Assembly: GCA_951406725.2 (NCBI GenBank)
Contig: OX597815.1
Location: 59,272,001 to 59,336,000, forward strand
Origin: Octopus vulgaris
Lineage: Eukaryota
Direction of reading: 5' to 3'
Length of the DNA stretch: 64,000 nucleotides
The notes below the pieces were generated by a model. It searched no databases. It was not told the origin of the DNA and was given only the letters and a program-made list of their open reading frames with translations. The position numbers and the translations under genes are program-made. This document shows, piece by piece, positions 1 to 12,620 of the stretch; position 1 is the first letter of the stretch, and every line of letters begins with the position of its first letter.

Positions 1-28
1 TTAAACGATGATGATGATGATGATGATT
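1..28 (+). mobile_element. Extreme 3' tail of RTE-PHD-family retroelement, (GAT)n tail
   Basis: ttaaacgatgatgatgat... is identical to the 3' termini at 33990-34020 and 56263-56286. Confidence 0.75.
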
Positions 29-229
29 ATATAATTTAGTTGTGTAGGAGGTGGAATTTTAAACTCCAATATGTTGGTATAGGGATATTAATGCTGGATT
101 ACTGATAAGAGGCCTAAGTGTACAGTTCTATTAAACTAACTTTATTAGGAAGTTAATATATACCATTATTTAGTATCGAATTCTACTATTTCGATGGTGA
201 AGAGTCCCTAATACTATTTAGAGAAGGTA

Positions 230-1900
230 AACTTACCTTTGTGCAGGCAAGCAATATTTCACTCTTCCATCAAGTTAAGTATGAAAAATTTCTCATTGAT
301 GCACAGATGGCATTTCTTTTTGTACGAAGGTGTGGATGCAAGGGATTTCCATTCTAAAACAAATCTAATATCTTTATCTTTAAGCTCCCGAATATTTTTA
401 CATAATCTGATAGAGTTAATCTTATTTCTATTTCTGAAAGTGTGTTGGTTTGCAGCTAATCTTTGTTTCATTTCATTTTGGGTTCCTTCTATGTATATCT
501 TTTTACTAAACTGCATTGTGACTGCGCACTGATAAATTTCATCTTTTCTTTTACAAGTATTTCCAAGGGTGCAATAAAATTTATTTCTACAGTCACATAG
601 GTTGCACTGTAGGGGAGAATTACTTACTAGTGGGTTGGTGTTAGGTGTATTATGATTGATAGGGTTATTATGGTTGTCAATGTTATCATTACTAGGTTTG
701 GGGTCGTTATGGGGATATTTTCATTCTTACTATTGTTGTTATTGTTTTTATTGTTACTTCTATCTAAATAAAAAAATGTTTAGTTTTTTATTATTTAGGG
801 AGGAAATGATGCTAGCTAAGTTACTATTAATAATTTCCAAATACCTGCTATTCTTATCAGAGTATTTATTTATAATTTTAAATATTAATTTAGCTAAGTC
901 TATTTTAATTTGCATAGCATATGGGAGTATTGGCCAATTGATATCTTTCATTCTTTCAGTTATCTTGCTGTACAACACAATTTTATTGCTGTTAGAGTGA
1001 TGCATGTGATGTTTATGTTTATTAGTATTTATTTTATTATAAGAGTTATATGCATCAATACTGCCATTGTGGTACTAGTACTGGGTTTCTGCTGATAATG
1101 TTTTTAGTTATTTTTGTTTTCATTGTGATTAGTGACACTATTGGTATCTTTCATGCTTTGCTTAGTTCTCATCATTTAATTATTAGTTATATTTCTATTA
1201 TTATTCTTGTTCTTCTTGGTGTTGCAAGTTTCATTCTTGTTAATGTCATGGACTATAAGTTTCTCTGCTTTATTACTTAAAAGGCAGATTTCTATATTCT
1301 TTATTATTGCTATAAATGTTATCAATATTGTCCTTATTCCTTGTTTTTTTATATGGGATATATTTAATTTCACTTCTGTAACCTGCTTCTTTTAGTGCAT
1401 TATTGTATTTATCTTGATGTTTTTTGAATAAGTTCTCATTAGAAGAGAGATCAATTCTTTTACTAATGCTTTTTATAAAAGCCTTTTTTATAGATTGTGG
1501 ATGATTACTTTGATAGTTAATATATTTTAAGTTAGAGTTAGGTTTCATGTAATCTGGTATCTAAATTACTGTTAACGTCTAGGTGGTTGATTGAATAGTT
1601 TTCATTCACTATAGTGATAGAAAGGCCGAATGTATTGAAAAATTTGTACAGGTGTCTTTTTAAGCAATTCTAGGTGTCTGTTAGTCTAATTGTAAAAAGT
1701 GTGTCGTCCCTGTAGAGTCCCCTATGAAATTCTTGGAATTCCTTATTAATGTTGTCTAATAGATATATTCCCACAAGGTCGGTCATTTCCGCTGAGTCTG
1801 GAGATCTCATTGTTATATCAAAGAAATTAGGGGTGTCCTTTCTTACCCTCAATTTATCAAAATGAATAATAGATTTTCAGGCCGTGATGATTACATTGAT
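230..1900 (-). mobile_element. Degenerate Penelope-like element (RT and GIY-YIG endonuclease remnants)
   Basis: Minus-strand ORF pieces: SPDSAEMTDLVGIYLL..GLYRDD (RT; 1670-1852), KPNSNLKYINYQSNHPQSIKK (thumb; 1273-1548), IYIEGTQNEMKQRLAANQHTFR..CHLCINEKFFI (GIY-YIG; 259-516); many stops and frameshifts. Confidence 0.85.
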
Positions 1901-2329
1901 TTCTTTCAACTGATCTTAGTATAGTTCTTGGTGGTATTTGTGGATAGATAGCTAGAGGAGATGTGTATGCTTAGAATGAGGAGATAAGTCAAAATGAAAA
2001 CAAGAAGAGAAAATGAAAATAGAGAAAAAGAGTGAAAAAAGTTAAGAATGGGTGAAAGAAGTGAGAAAAGGAGTGTTAGTTGGTAGTCAAGATAATGTGT
2101 GGGAAGGACGAGAGGGATAGGAAGAGACGAGAAGGTAAGGAGTGAATAAGTGTGAGATGTGTGAGTAGGGGTAATATGAAAGAGCTGCATTAAGGGATAG
2201 GTAGAGAAAAGGTATGGGGAGGGTGTTACCAAAGTGATCTATTCTATAATAAGACAAAACTACTAAAACTGTACCTAGTACCTCCAATAATAATACTATT
2301 AATAATACATTTCATAATCCTACAATTAA

Positions 2330-2810
2330 CAACAACAATACTGCCAATAACCATAACTGTATTAATCTAACAAAATATAGATATAACAACACTACACCTC
2401 ACAAATTCAAATTGTAATTGTCGAGACTCTAATGTCTGTAAAGTAGATAGAAATTGTAGAATGAAAGAAGTTGTATGCCAAGCAACTATTATAACTCGGG
2501 ACTCCTCTAGATATGTAAGTTGCACACAAAACTCAATTAAACTGAGAATTTCTAACCATAAATCTTCTTTTAGGGACCATTGAAAAGAGAATAGTACAGG
2601 ACTATCTAAAAAGTTTGGCACCTCAAAAGAAACAATATTATTTTCTCCATTTCTTGGAAAATCCTATCTTCTTCCCACTCTTATATAAATGATAATATTT
2701 GTAGGCTATGTTTAGAAGAAAGCTATTACGTAATGAGAATGAATGGAAATTTGGTTAATACTAGGAATGAAAAAGTTTTCTCATGACCAAATTCCTATTC
2801 GTTAATCTAA
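2330..2810 (+). mobile_element. Penelope GIY-YIG endonuclease fragment
   Basis: Hand translation: CNCRDSNVCKVDRNCRMKEVVCQATI..YVSCTQNSIKLRISNHKSSFRD..STGLSK and ICRLCLEEAIT-like end; interrupted by stops. Confidence 0.7.
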
Positions 2811-4061
2811 AATAACTCTTCGCTCACCTTTTGCTTAGTTTGATATTTTAAAAAATATATCTATATATCACCCTTTACATTACTCATACTATCTTTGTAC
2901 ACTTTTTCTTTAACATTTCCTTCTGACAAATGCATGACCCACTATATATAGGGCTATCATTTTATCTATGTCTCTCTATACTTTTTTCCTCCACAAGTTT
3001 GGATATAAGAACTTATATCTTTCCTTAGTATATAATATACCTATACTTTTTTGTATTTTATTTGTATACTCTGTCCATGTACTCCCTTTCTTGTACTGCT
3101 CCCCCTCTCAACATACCTATTCTGACTATTACTTGTTTATATTATTAGTTACTATACCTTATAATTATGTATATTTTACTACTGGCATATGTACACATGT
3201 ATGCACACATATGATTTTAAGGTGATCTACATGTCTACATCCATGTATGCATATCTAGGTATTGATCTTATATGTACCTATGTGTGTAAACTTATGTATA
3301 TGTGATTATTTTTATATGTTGGTACAGATATGTATATTAATATGAACATGTGTATCTGCATATATATGTATCGTCGCATATATATATATACAATTTATTG
3401 TGTATGTGAATTTATATGTATATGTGTGTGCCCCTTTTTTTGCACATGTATGGGTATATTTGTACGGTTTTTATATGTATACCTTAATCGTATATCTATA
3501 TGAATTACTGTATTTATATACTCATGTAAATATGCCTCTACACACGTATGACTAAACATGCACACACTCTTCTCCTTATTAGATTATCTTCAAATAACCA
3601 TTGACGCCATTAGTTACAGTTCAATATCCAACATGACTCCCATCTCTTTCCCACACGGATACCAATATGACTCTCCTAGATCCAATTTTTACTTCTCTAT
3701 TCCTTTTTAAGTTCCTTGTATTATGGTTTCTTTCCTTCCTACACTGAAGAGTACGTTGATATTTATTTAATTTAATACACTCATGAATTTATATTATTAT
3801 CTGTATGAAGCAATTTTCTGCAAGAATTAAACTTGTTATAAATTTTAACAACTTGTTTCCTCCATTTTTTACAAAATTCATGCGATTTATGGAACTTCAT
3901 TCCATATATTCATCATACATTATATACAAATACTACTTTCATATCTTCGCAAATTTATGCCTGTAAACTTCCAGCAAACTATGAAGAATCAACATTAGAA
4001 ATCTTTTTTGGAAACCTCCAATTAAAGGCCGAATCTACATTCAATCTTTATACACCTATAC

Positions 4062-4101
<40 letters not shown>

Positions 4102-4364
4102 TATGATAATAATAATAATAATAATAATAATAGTAGTAGGAGGGAATATAATTGCAAACTTACAGGGAAAAATTCTATTTAGCAATTCTAAATCAAATTT
4201 CACAATATATAATATATGTATATAATTTAGGAAAAACACCTCTATTAAACAATTCAATAGTGAAAGATGTTATTCACACCATATAGAAAACATATACTAT
4301 AAAAAAAACCTTATTCTAAAAATCAATGAGGTACATAAACAATAAATAGTAAATAGTAGTAAAA

Positions 4365-4484
4365 AAACTACATGCGTTTCATGGCTATATTTTCAAATAG
4401 ATAATAATAATAAAATCAATTCAATTTAAAATGAAATCAATCTAAAATTGATTCTATTTAAAAATATAGTCACTCATCAGGTCT
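4365..4484 (-). ncRNA. Type I hammerhead ribozyme motif with long stem II
   Basis: Reverse complement: AGAC-CUGAUGA-GUGACUAUAUUUUUAAAUAGA...UCUAUUUGAAAAUAUAGCCAU-GAAA-CGCAUG-UA-GUUU; intact core, about 21-bp stem II, 4-bp stem I. Confidence 0.8.
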
Positions 4485-6342
4485 AAAATAATAATAATAA
4501 TAATAAAAATAATAATAGAATAAATGTACTATCTTAAATTACACTAATTATCAAATAAATATAGAAAAATACATGTATTAACTATAAATAATTGAAAAAC
4601 ATTTAACAATATTTCTTAAAATAAAAACATAACTTATCACAGAATTTCTGTTAATTAAAAATTTAAATATATTACGTAGAACTTAAGCGTTTATAAGAAA
4701 TATATCACATGAAAATATAGCGTAAATAAAAATTATGGAATAAATAGATAGAAATATGTATTTAAGCTATTAAAATTACAAAATGTCTTTTAGCTGTGAG
4801 AATAAGAAAAAATTAACTGTAATATACCATTTACTGGAAAAATTGTAAAGTCTAAATAATATAAAACTAAAATACGTAAAATACATAATATACATAAATT
4901 AAGCTAAATTTCTATAATTTAATCTATTTTCATTAATTAATTTATTTATTTTATAAACATCTAAGTTACATCTTATTCTAATTATGTAATATACACTATA
5001 TAATCTCGTGCTAATTTATACACATTTTACTACTACTATTATAACTACAACAATTAGTAACATAAAACAGGGTTTATATATATACACAAAATTAGCTAAA
5101 CTTATTATATAATTTAACTTATGTCTACATTTGATTTTTTGTTCGTCTAGGAACTTAATCAATTTTTTATTATTAGTTGATAATATCTCCTTAAATTCAT
5201 TAGTACCTAATAAACAAAAATTACTACCTATTTGATATGATTTTGTCTTACAAACTATCTCCCAATTTAAATTGTATTTAATACTTTTAGATTTTAGTTC
5301 CCTTTTATATTTACTAAGGCCAGTAGAATTAATTAAATTTTATTCTTAATAGAATTCATGTGTTGAGCCACCCGTAATTTAATTTTATTAGAAGTCAACC
5401 CTATGTAAATCGCATTTAAATTATAATCATTCCTAATATTATCATCAATTAAAGTCACTACACATTTATATACTACACCATCTAAATTACATTTATTATT
5501 GAATTTACATTTAGTTTTATCTTTACATGTACAATTAATTATATTCTGGTCTTTATTATTATTGGAATAATTATTTGATTTGTTTTTGTAAAACTTATTC
5601 AGCTTAAATTTATTAAAAGAAGAAATAATGTTACAGACATTATTAGTAGTAGAATAACCAGCTCCAAAATTATTACAAGAAAAAATGTTATTATATATTT
5701 TTAATCTCTAATGAATACTTCAACTATATTTAAAATCTCTTTATTAATGTTTGTTTTAACTTGAGCTCTATAAGGAATAATTAACCAAATTTTGTTCTTA
5801 TTATTAATATTAAATTTATTTTTTATATTATATTATTAAATGAATTAAATTTAATCATATTATTTAGTCTATTATTATATTTATGTTTTGTATAGTCATA
5901 ATACATATTATTAATACCATAATTACCCAAATAAAACTTATCATAATTATATTATTATATTTAGAATTATTAAAGAATTTAATATTATTATCATATCCCG
6001 CCCTCCCGCAGGGCTTCATTGTAATAAGGTGTGTGTTTTTGGAAAATCTCAAATTTAGAAGAAAGCAACGATATTCTTTTACCTATATTATCTGTCAACG
6101 ATTTCTAATTGAGGGTGGATGATTACTATTAGCATAAATATATCTAAGGTTTTCATTAATTTTATGGAATGGTTGGGTTTTACCTCTTATTAAATTAAAA
6201 TTAACATCTAAATAATTAACATAGTTCTCATTTTATATGGTAATACTTAATCCATATCTTTTAAAAAAACTATAGTTTCTTATTATATAATTCTAGTGTT
6301 CTATTGGTGCAATTCTTAGTTATTAATAAAAAGTCATCCCTA

Positions 6343-6735
6343 GGAGTGGCTGTGTGGTAATTAGCTTGGTTACAAACCACATGGTTCCAGGTACAATCCC
6401 ACTACATGGCACCTTGGGCAAGTGTCTTCTACTATAGCCTCGGGTCGACCAAAGCCTTGTGAGTGAATTTGGTAGATGGAAACTGAAAGAAGCCCATCGT
6501 ATATATGTATATATATGTATGTGTGTGTATATGTTTGTGTGTCTGTGTTTATCCCCTCAGCATCACTTGACAACCGATGCTGATGTGTTTACGTCCCTGT
6601 AACTTAGCGGTTCAGCAATAGAGACCAATAGAATAAGTACTAGGCTTACAAAGAATAAGTCCTGGGGTCAATTTGCTCGACTAAAGGTGGATCTCCAGTA
6701 TGGCCACAGTCAAATGACTGAAACAAGTAAAATAG
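6343..6735 (+). mobile_element. tRNA-derived SINE, near full length
   Basis: A-box-like ggctgtgtggtaa, B-box-like ggtacaatccc, central body, internal (TA/TG)n, LINE-like 3' tail cagtatggccacagtcaaatgactgaaacaagtaaa; several other copies in the window. Confidence 0.9.
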
Positions 6736-7531
6736 ATATAAACCACCCTCCAACTTTAATTTTCTTATAAATGCTAAGTTCTACGTATTACATTTAAATT
6801 TTTAGTTAACAGAAATTCATGGATAAGATAAGTTATGCTTTTATTTTAAGAAATATTTTTAAATGTTTTTTGATTATTTATAGTTAATACACATTTTTCT
6901 ATATTTATTCTATATTTTTCTATATTTAAATCTTGAAAAGAATACAAAAATGTTCCCATACTTACAATTAAAGTTTACTAAAAGTTATAGATGAGTATTC
7001 AGTGTTTCTGTTAATAGTGTTATTTTAATGTCCCTAAAGCAACATGTTTCTGATAATCATTGATACTGGTAATGTTATGTATTTTTGAGATTTGTATTTG
7101 CTTGAAGCATTGCAATGTGTGTAAATGATATAAATTTTCAAAAAGCTTTTGGGCAGCACAAGTAGGAAATTAGATAAAGTATGTAAGTTGATGTTATTCA
7201 TGAAAATATAGGTTGTTTAATGATCCATAATATTTTGCGAATGATAGAAGAAAGTAAATAATCTGAGTTTGAAGAAATGTGTTGCTAACAGCAGGTTATT
7301 CTAGAGAATTGTGAGTCACAATTTTCTTTCTATTAGAAAAAGGGATATCTCTCCTAAAATTAATCAAAGTATGTAATGTAACACAATATTTTTTCTCTGT
7401 TTTTTTTTTTAATGACACCAAATTACATAATTTACCTAACTTCCTACCTGTGGTGCTCAAAGTTTTTTTCCAAACATTTATGTCATTTATATGTGATTTA
7501 TGTCTCCAAAATGTTACCATTCTTCCTCCAG

Positions 7532-7573
7532 ATCAAAGAGTGTTGGGTTTCTCTGTAACCTTTCAAGTAATAG
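7532..7573 (+). CDS. Candidate 42-nt micro-exon of the ASK-family host gene (xSKSVGFLCNLSSNx)
   Basis: Acceptor ttcttcctccag and donor AG|gtatgt in non-repetitive sequence; the phase 2-2 reading is open and joins the 61319 exon in frame (AG+T = Ser). No homology evidence. Confidence 0.4.
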
Positions 7574-7791
7574 GTATGTTATTACATATTGTCATTACTT
7601 TTGTTACTCTCTCCCCTTTCTTTTTCCTTCTTAGAATTGTACATGCTTTATAATTCCATAAAAATACATCTTAAACTATCAGGCTTCTTTTTTACTACCT
7701 ATGAATTTTGCCACTGAAAAGAGAAGACTGACTGAAATTTGTTTGTGTGTTTTTTTTAACATAGAAAAATTTTTTCTGCAACAAGCAAAAA

Positions 7792-7796
7792 CACTC

Positions 7797-7848
<52 letters not shown>

Positions 7849-7875
7849 CCTCTCTCTTAATCTTTCTCTCTCTCA
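7792..7875. repeat. (CT)n microsatellite
   Basis: Direct inspection. Confidence 0.95.
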
Positions 7876-9094
7876 GTCATTTGTCATCAATATGTTATGT
7901 CGGGCTATCTTGATTTAAAACAAAGTAACTCATTTATATTCCATTTAACAATAATTTGTTTAAAATAAAACTTGGTAACTAAAATCTCAAGTCATGTATT
8001 TTTTCCACACTGATTTCTCTTTTAAAATGATTCAAGTTATGATTTGTAGCCAGTAGAGGTAAATTTTTAACAGGCATGTTGATTTTTATTTGGATTCCTA
8101 TATATTATTAATATAAGAAAATGAAAACATTCTGCAGTAAGAAGTCAAAATTTGTGTGTTGTATCACACATCATTACTTTATCCATTTTAGTTACTCCCC
8201 CTTTTTTTTTGTGACTGGAGGTAGAAACTATGTATTTGACCAGAGATATTAGTATGGTATTTTTGAAACAACTGCAACTTGTTGACTGCTGGAAAACATA
8301 AGCAGGAAGAGAATTCAAAAAGAGTATTGTTCTTTGAAGGTAGATCTGAGTAGAAATGTTTTAGTGTGGGATCTAAAACTGAATACAAATGGGTGATGAG
8401 AGGTGAATGATAGAGAGGGGGCTGTATGTCTAAGCAAGAAGTTGAAGTTTTTGGTGAATTTTAATTTCTCATTTCTCCTTTTCTAGAAATAATCATTGGC
8501 TGTAGGCTATCAAATTTGTTTATAAGAGTAGATTAAAACAATATATAAAAACAGAAATCTTTAGTAGTGCCCCAATATCTCAATGGCTTGCTGTTGCAAG
8601 TCTTAGTTAAAGGGTGATTAGAAATCTAAAGTAATTTTTAGAAAACTGGTTTTGATATGTCTTTTTGATCCTATGGGCAGATAGTAAAAATTGAACCTAG
8701 TACTGAAATATCATCTTGCATTGTGCACCTTCATGCCTTACAATGAAGGACCAAATTTCCTTTGGCACCTATTTATAGGTAGGCCACTAAGATTTAAGTA
8801 TCTTTGCTTTGTTAGTGTTGATCTTCTGACAGTTTGCTTTCGCTTGGTATAATTTGTATCACATTGTCTTTGATAACATCAAATGATTAAGAAGTTTTAG
8901 AAATAAGAACTATCAAAAGTAAATTTACAATCAGTTATTTAAGAATTAATAATAGCCATTGTCATAAAGTATTTTTACGCACCCACTTGGACATGTAGAT
9001 ATATACTTGCATGAATGTACATGTGTTACTACTATTTTCACACTCTGATTTTAAATGTATGAAAAGCCTGATACACACAGGCTAGTTCTTAGTC

Positions 9095-10060
9095 TGTTGA
9101 CATGATGATGACCACTTAGGTCATTCATGAACAAAAAATTTAGTGGGGTTAGCTCAGTTCACACCAGTTGTCTAGCTTGCCTCTGTTGCTTAGTTGCAGC
9201 GATCTTGTTTAAAGTTTTTCTCCACAATTATTTAATCTAGTCTGTGAAATGTCAAGTTTTATGAGAAATAGTCACAAGGGTCCTTTAAGTGTGTCTTTAA
9301 TTTGCTTTTCTGACCTCCTCACAACAGTTTTCAGTAGTTGCTACTCTGTGCATCATAGATAGTTTTGCACCAATATGGTGTTCCTTCGGAGCAGACTTGT
9401 TTCGGAACTACCTCAGAGCCTAGAATCTTCTGCTAGTTTTATAATGCAGGTTGTGATAGAAATGTCTAACTTGTTTAGAAATGTGTTGCTACTGGGTTCA
9501 TGTTTTTCCATCAAAGAGCAGGAAAGGTTCTGTCAGCAGGTTGGTGTTTGTCATATTTCAGTGTTATTGATTAGTCTACCAAAAGTCACATTAACACTTA
9601 TGACTTTCATGCTAATCTCTTTATCTCTGGGAGCACTTTTTACTTGTGTACTGCCAAGATAGGTAAACTTGTTCACAATATTGTCTCTGACAGTTGATTG
9701 TAATGTTGGGGTTCAATAAAAGATTTCTCTGAGGCCAGCTAATGCATTAATTTAGTCTTCTTTGTACTAATGGTAAAACGAGTTTTTACAGATAGTAGAA
9801 AACTTGTCAACATTTTGTTGCATTCTAGTTTCTGAATCAACATTAAGAATACTTACTTTCAAACATTTCACAAGAGGTGTTGTCAATGCCTGCTCTTTCA
9901 TTCAGTTGATCTAACAATAATGAAGTTTCTGTTAGAATCTGGCCTTCACTGTATCTGAAGTTGCTGTGGTTGGGGTATAGCCCCTGATAATGACAAGTTG
10001 TTATACTCAAAATTATAAAGGAAGTTTTATGATTGTGCACTTCTTGTTCATTGTACTAGG
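9095..10060 (-). mobile_element. Old degenerate RTE (BovB-like) LINE, 3' part
   Basis: Minus-strand remnants PNITINCQR..IVNKFTYLGS (about 9650-9712) and TISTKKTK (about 9750-9775); (CAT)n-like end near 9100. Confidence 0.7.
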
Positions 10061-10335
10061 AAACTCTACCAACCAATAATAAGGATTTCTTCTACTGCAA
10101 AGTGAATACAATCTCTTTATTTGTTGCTCTATATATTGTCTAACACTTAAAAAGTTATATCTAGAGTTCTTTTTATCATACCTTAAATTTTTCTACAAAT
10201 TAAAACTCTTTGAATGCTGAAATGTCAATGTTGTGTGATATTGCCCTACCAGAGATGTTTTTATTCTAATATTTATCCATGCATTGTATGCAAACATTTC
10301 TGCCAAGAATGAGGGAAATAATTTAGGTTATAGTC

Positions 10336-10338
<3 letters not shown>

Positions 10339-10397
<59 letters not shown>
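10339..10397. repeat. (CT)n microsatellite
   Basis: Direct inspection. Confidence 0.95.
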
Positions 10398-10398
<1 letters not shown>

Positions 10399-10799
10399 AG
10401 GAAGAAAGGCAATACCCTCGAACCTTTCTACAGCCCCTTAGATTGAGGAGTGGAAGGGAGGAAGTTTTCCCTAGGCCAGATCTCTTTTCTGAATGCTTGT
10501 AACAGAGATGACATTACTAAATGTGCACAAGGCCATTGGGTGGTGCTAGACTGAGCAACAGATTAAGTCTACCACTCAGATGTTAAAGTATGGTATCTTC
10601 AGGGAATCCCTATTTAGAACATCTGTATGTCAGCAAATGAGAAAAGCTCCGGTGTACCCAAACTTACTGCCCCTTGCTCACCTTTCACCACATGATTAAA
10701 TGTCTAAATAATGAAAAGGGTTGGGTTAGATTTTTAAATAATTTCATCAGAGTAAGGAAAGATATTACCTATGACCTTCAAGGTCTTTTCATACTAACA

Positions 10800-11760
10800 T
10801 GATTGAGGCAGTTAATGTTCAGGTTTTGTAACTTAATTTTTGCAGAAAAAATGTCCTCAGATAGTTGTACATCTAAGGATAAAGAGAGGCAAACACATCT
10901 GTGAGCTAATGATTGTGGTATTTTTGCAAAGGAATTTTTACCAATCAATTCAGTAGCCTTATTTTAGATGTGAGGAGTACTCTAGAGTGGATCTTACTTA
11001 AGATTTATAGAAGGTCAGCAGCTTGTTGGAGATTGATGTATTTCCTACTTCTATAGAGGAATATAGTTTTGGGACCAAAACTTTATCAAAGATTTTGAAG
11101 CCTAGCATTTTTAATGATTTTGAAAGTCTTAGTTGTGTGTCTGTGTATAGAGGTACTGAAGCTCAAGTCTGTTTCCTTAATTGTGCAGTGCAATTGAAAG
11201 AGACTGGCTGATCATATCTAGGCCAATGCTCACAGAGAAAATTCATATCTGTATGTATCAGGAAGAGTTTAGATTGTATGTTGATGACACCTGTTTATGG
11301 AGTGGTTTCATTTCTATAGAAATATGCATTGTTAAAAGGTGCAGTAAGCAGGTCTTTAATGTTTAAATAGAAGAATATGGAAACATTACCAAACTTTTGA
11401 GTACATCAGTATTGTGTGTGTTGGAGAGAAACTGTCATTGTATTAGTTCAGTCTAATAGCAAGCTTCCAGTTTGATAAATAAAATGAATGTACACTACAG
11501 GTAGACAGCTTACCAAGAATTTTGTTGTGCTAAATACAGCTCAGGTCTTTCCTGATACCTGGTACTTCCACATTGCTTTTGTTGAAGTTTCCTGGAATTA
11601 AAATCCACTGATGAGTGACATATATAAGTAAGTTTTAAGTAGATCTGGCTCTGTAAATAGATGGCAATAAAGTATATAAGAGTATCGGAAGACACCCATT
11701 GATAAGAAGGAGATGTGGCAATGATAGGATCTGTTTGTGAATCAGAGAATTGTTTTACAA
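10800..11760 (-). mobile_element. Highly degenerate CR1-group LINE RT remnant
   Basis: Minus strand LLTFYKS*VRSTLEYSSHL..KATELIG..QSLAHRC resembles the LLTLYKxxVRPxLEYCSHIW..LxHRR C-terminal block of CR1-group ORF2. Confidence 0.6.
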
Positions 11761-12309
11761 GCCTTTTCCTATTATAGCATGGAGTTATGGTTCTTATGAA
11801 TATATATATATTTGTATACTATCAGAGTAATTTCTTTACAGTTAGTTGACCTTCCCACTGCTAACACTTGATTAAATAGAAATAGAAACTCTTATTACCT
11901 ACCCAAACTGAAGAAAATAGAGTTCTGTCCTTTGTCTCAATAAATTGAAATGTGGAGAACCTTCAGTTTGAAAGAAATACTAAAGGTATCATATAGAGAA
12001 AGATGGAAGTGCTTTAAGATGGTTGTTTTAAGAATATATGTTGTGGGACACATTTCAAATAAAGTAAATGCAATTTTAAATGCTTATATCTTTAATAGTA
12101 TTCTACTTTAGTCAATATAGCCTTTCATCTCTTTTGAGCTAAAATTACTGTTAGTTAATTACAAAGGTTGCTCTTCAAAATTTTTCTGCATCTCTTTGAA
12201 AAAAATTAATTATAGATGTTATTCTTGAAATAAAGCTTTTCCTCTTGAGTTAAATGGAATATTTAAAAGTCAATACTTCTCAGGAAATGATAGAAAGGTA
12301 ATTCCAGGC

Positions 12310-12620
12310 ATTAGTCAGTGCAGGGCTATAGTACAAGACACTTGCCCATGATGCCACATAGACTGTACCCAAACCATGTGCTTTCTACAAAGTCGTGCAC
12401 ATGCCTTTATGTGTGTGTGTCTTTGTGTTTCTTTTGTCCTCTCCCCTACAACTGGTGTTGGTTTGTTTATAGCCCCTTGGTTTAGTAATTCAGCAAAGGT
12501 GGCTGACAGAATATGTACAGACTTGAAAATAGGTACTAGGGTTGATTTTCTCGACTAAACCCTAAAAGGCAGTGCCCTGGAATATCCATAATCCAATGAT
12601 TGAAAGAAGTAAAAGTTAAA
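12310..12620. mobile_element. Degenerate, rearranged SINE fragments
   Basis: ggctatagtacaagacacttgccc (minus, 5' half) followed by a plus-strand 3' half ending ccaatgattgaaagaagtaaaag. Confidence 0.65.

Larger units (their letters stand above)
4130..6770 (-). mobile_element. Degenerate Penelope-like element with 3' pLTR, interrupted by a SINE in the RT YRDD motif
   Basis: Minus strand GGLY|RDDFLLI split by the SINE at 6343-6735; CNLDGVVYKC and YIGLTSNKIKLRVAQH (GIY-YIG) near 5360-5500; 3' region carries a hammerhead and the tttttccctgtaagtttg..tattccct terminus shared with 21690-21725 and 57495-57530. Confidence 0.8.

Noticed and set aside
3745-4010. CTGAAGA ... GAAA with GTTGAT/ATCAAC pairing as a long-stem hammerhead
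   Set aside because: Base of stem II unpaired, and no stem III palindrome or stem I match
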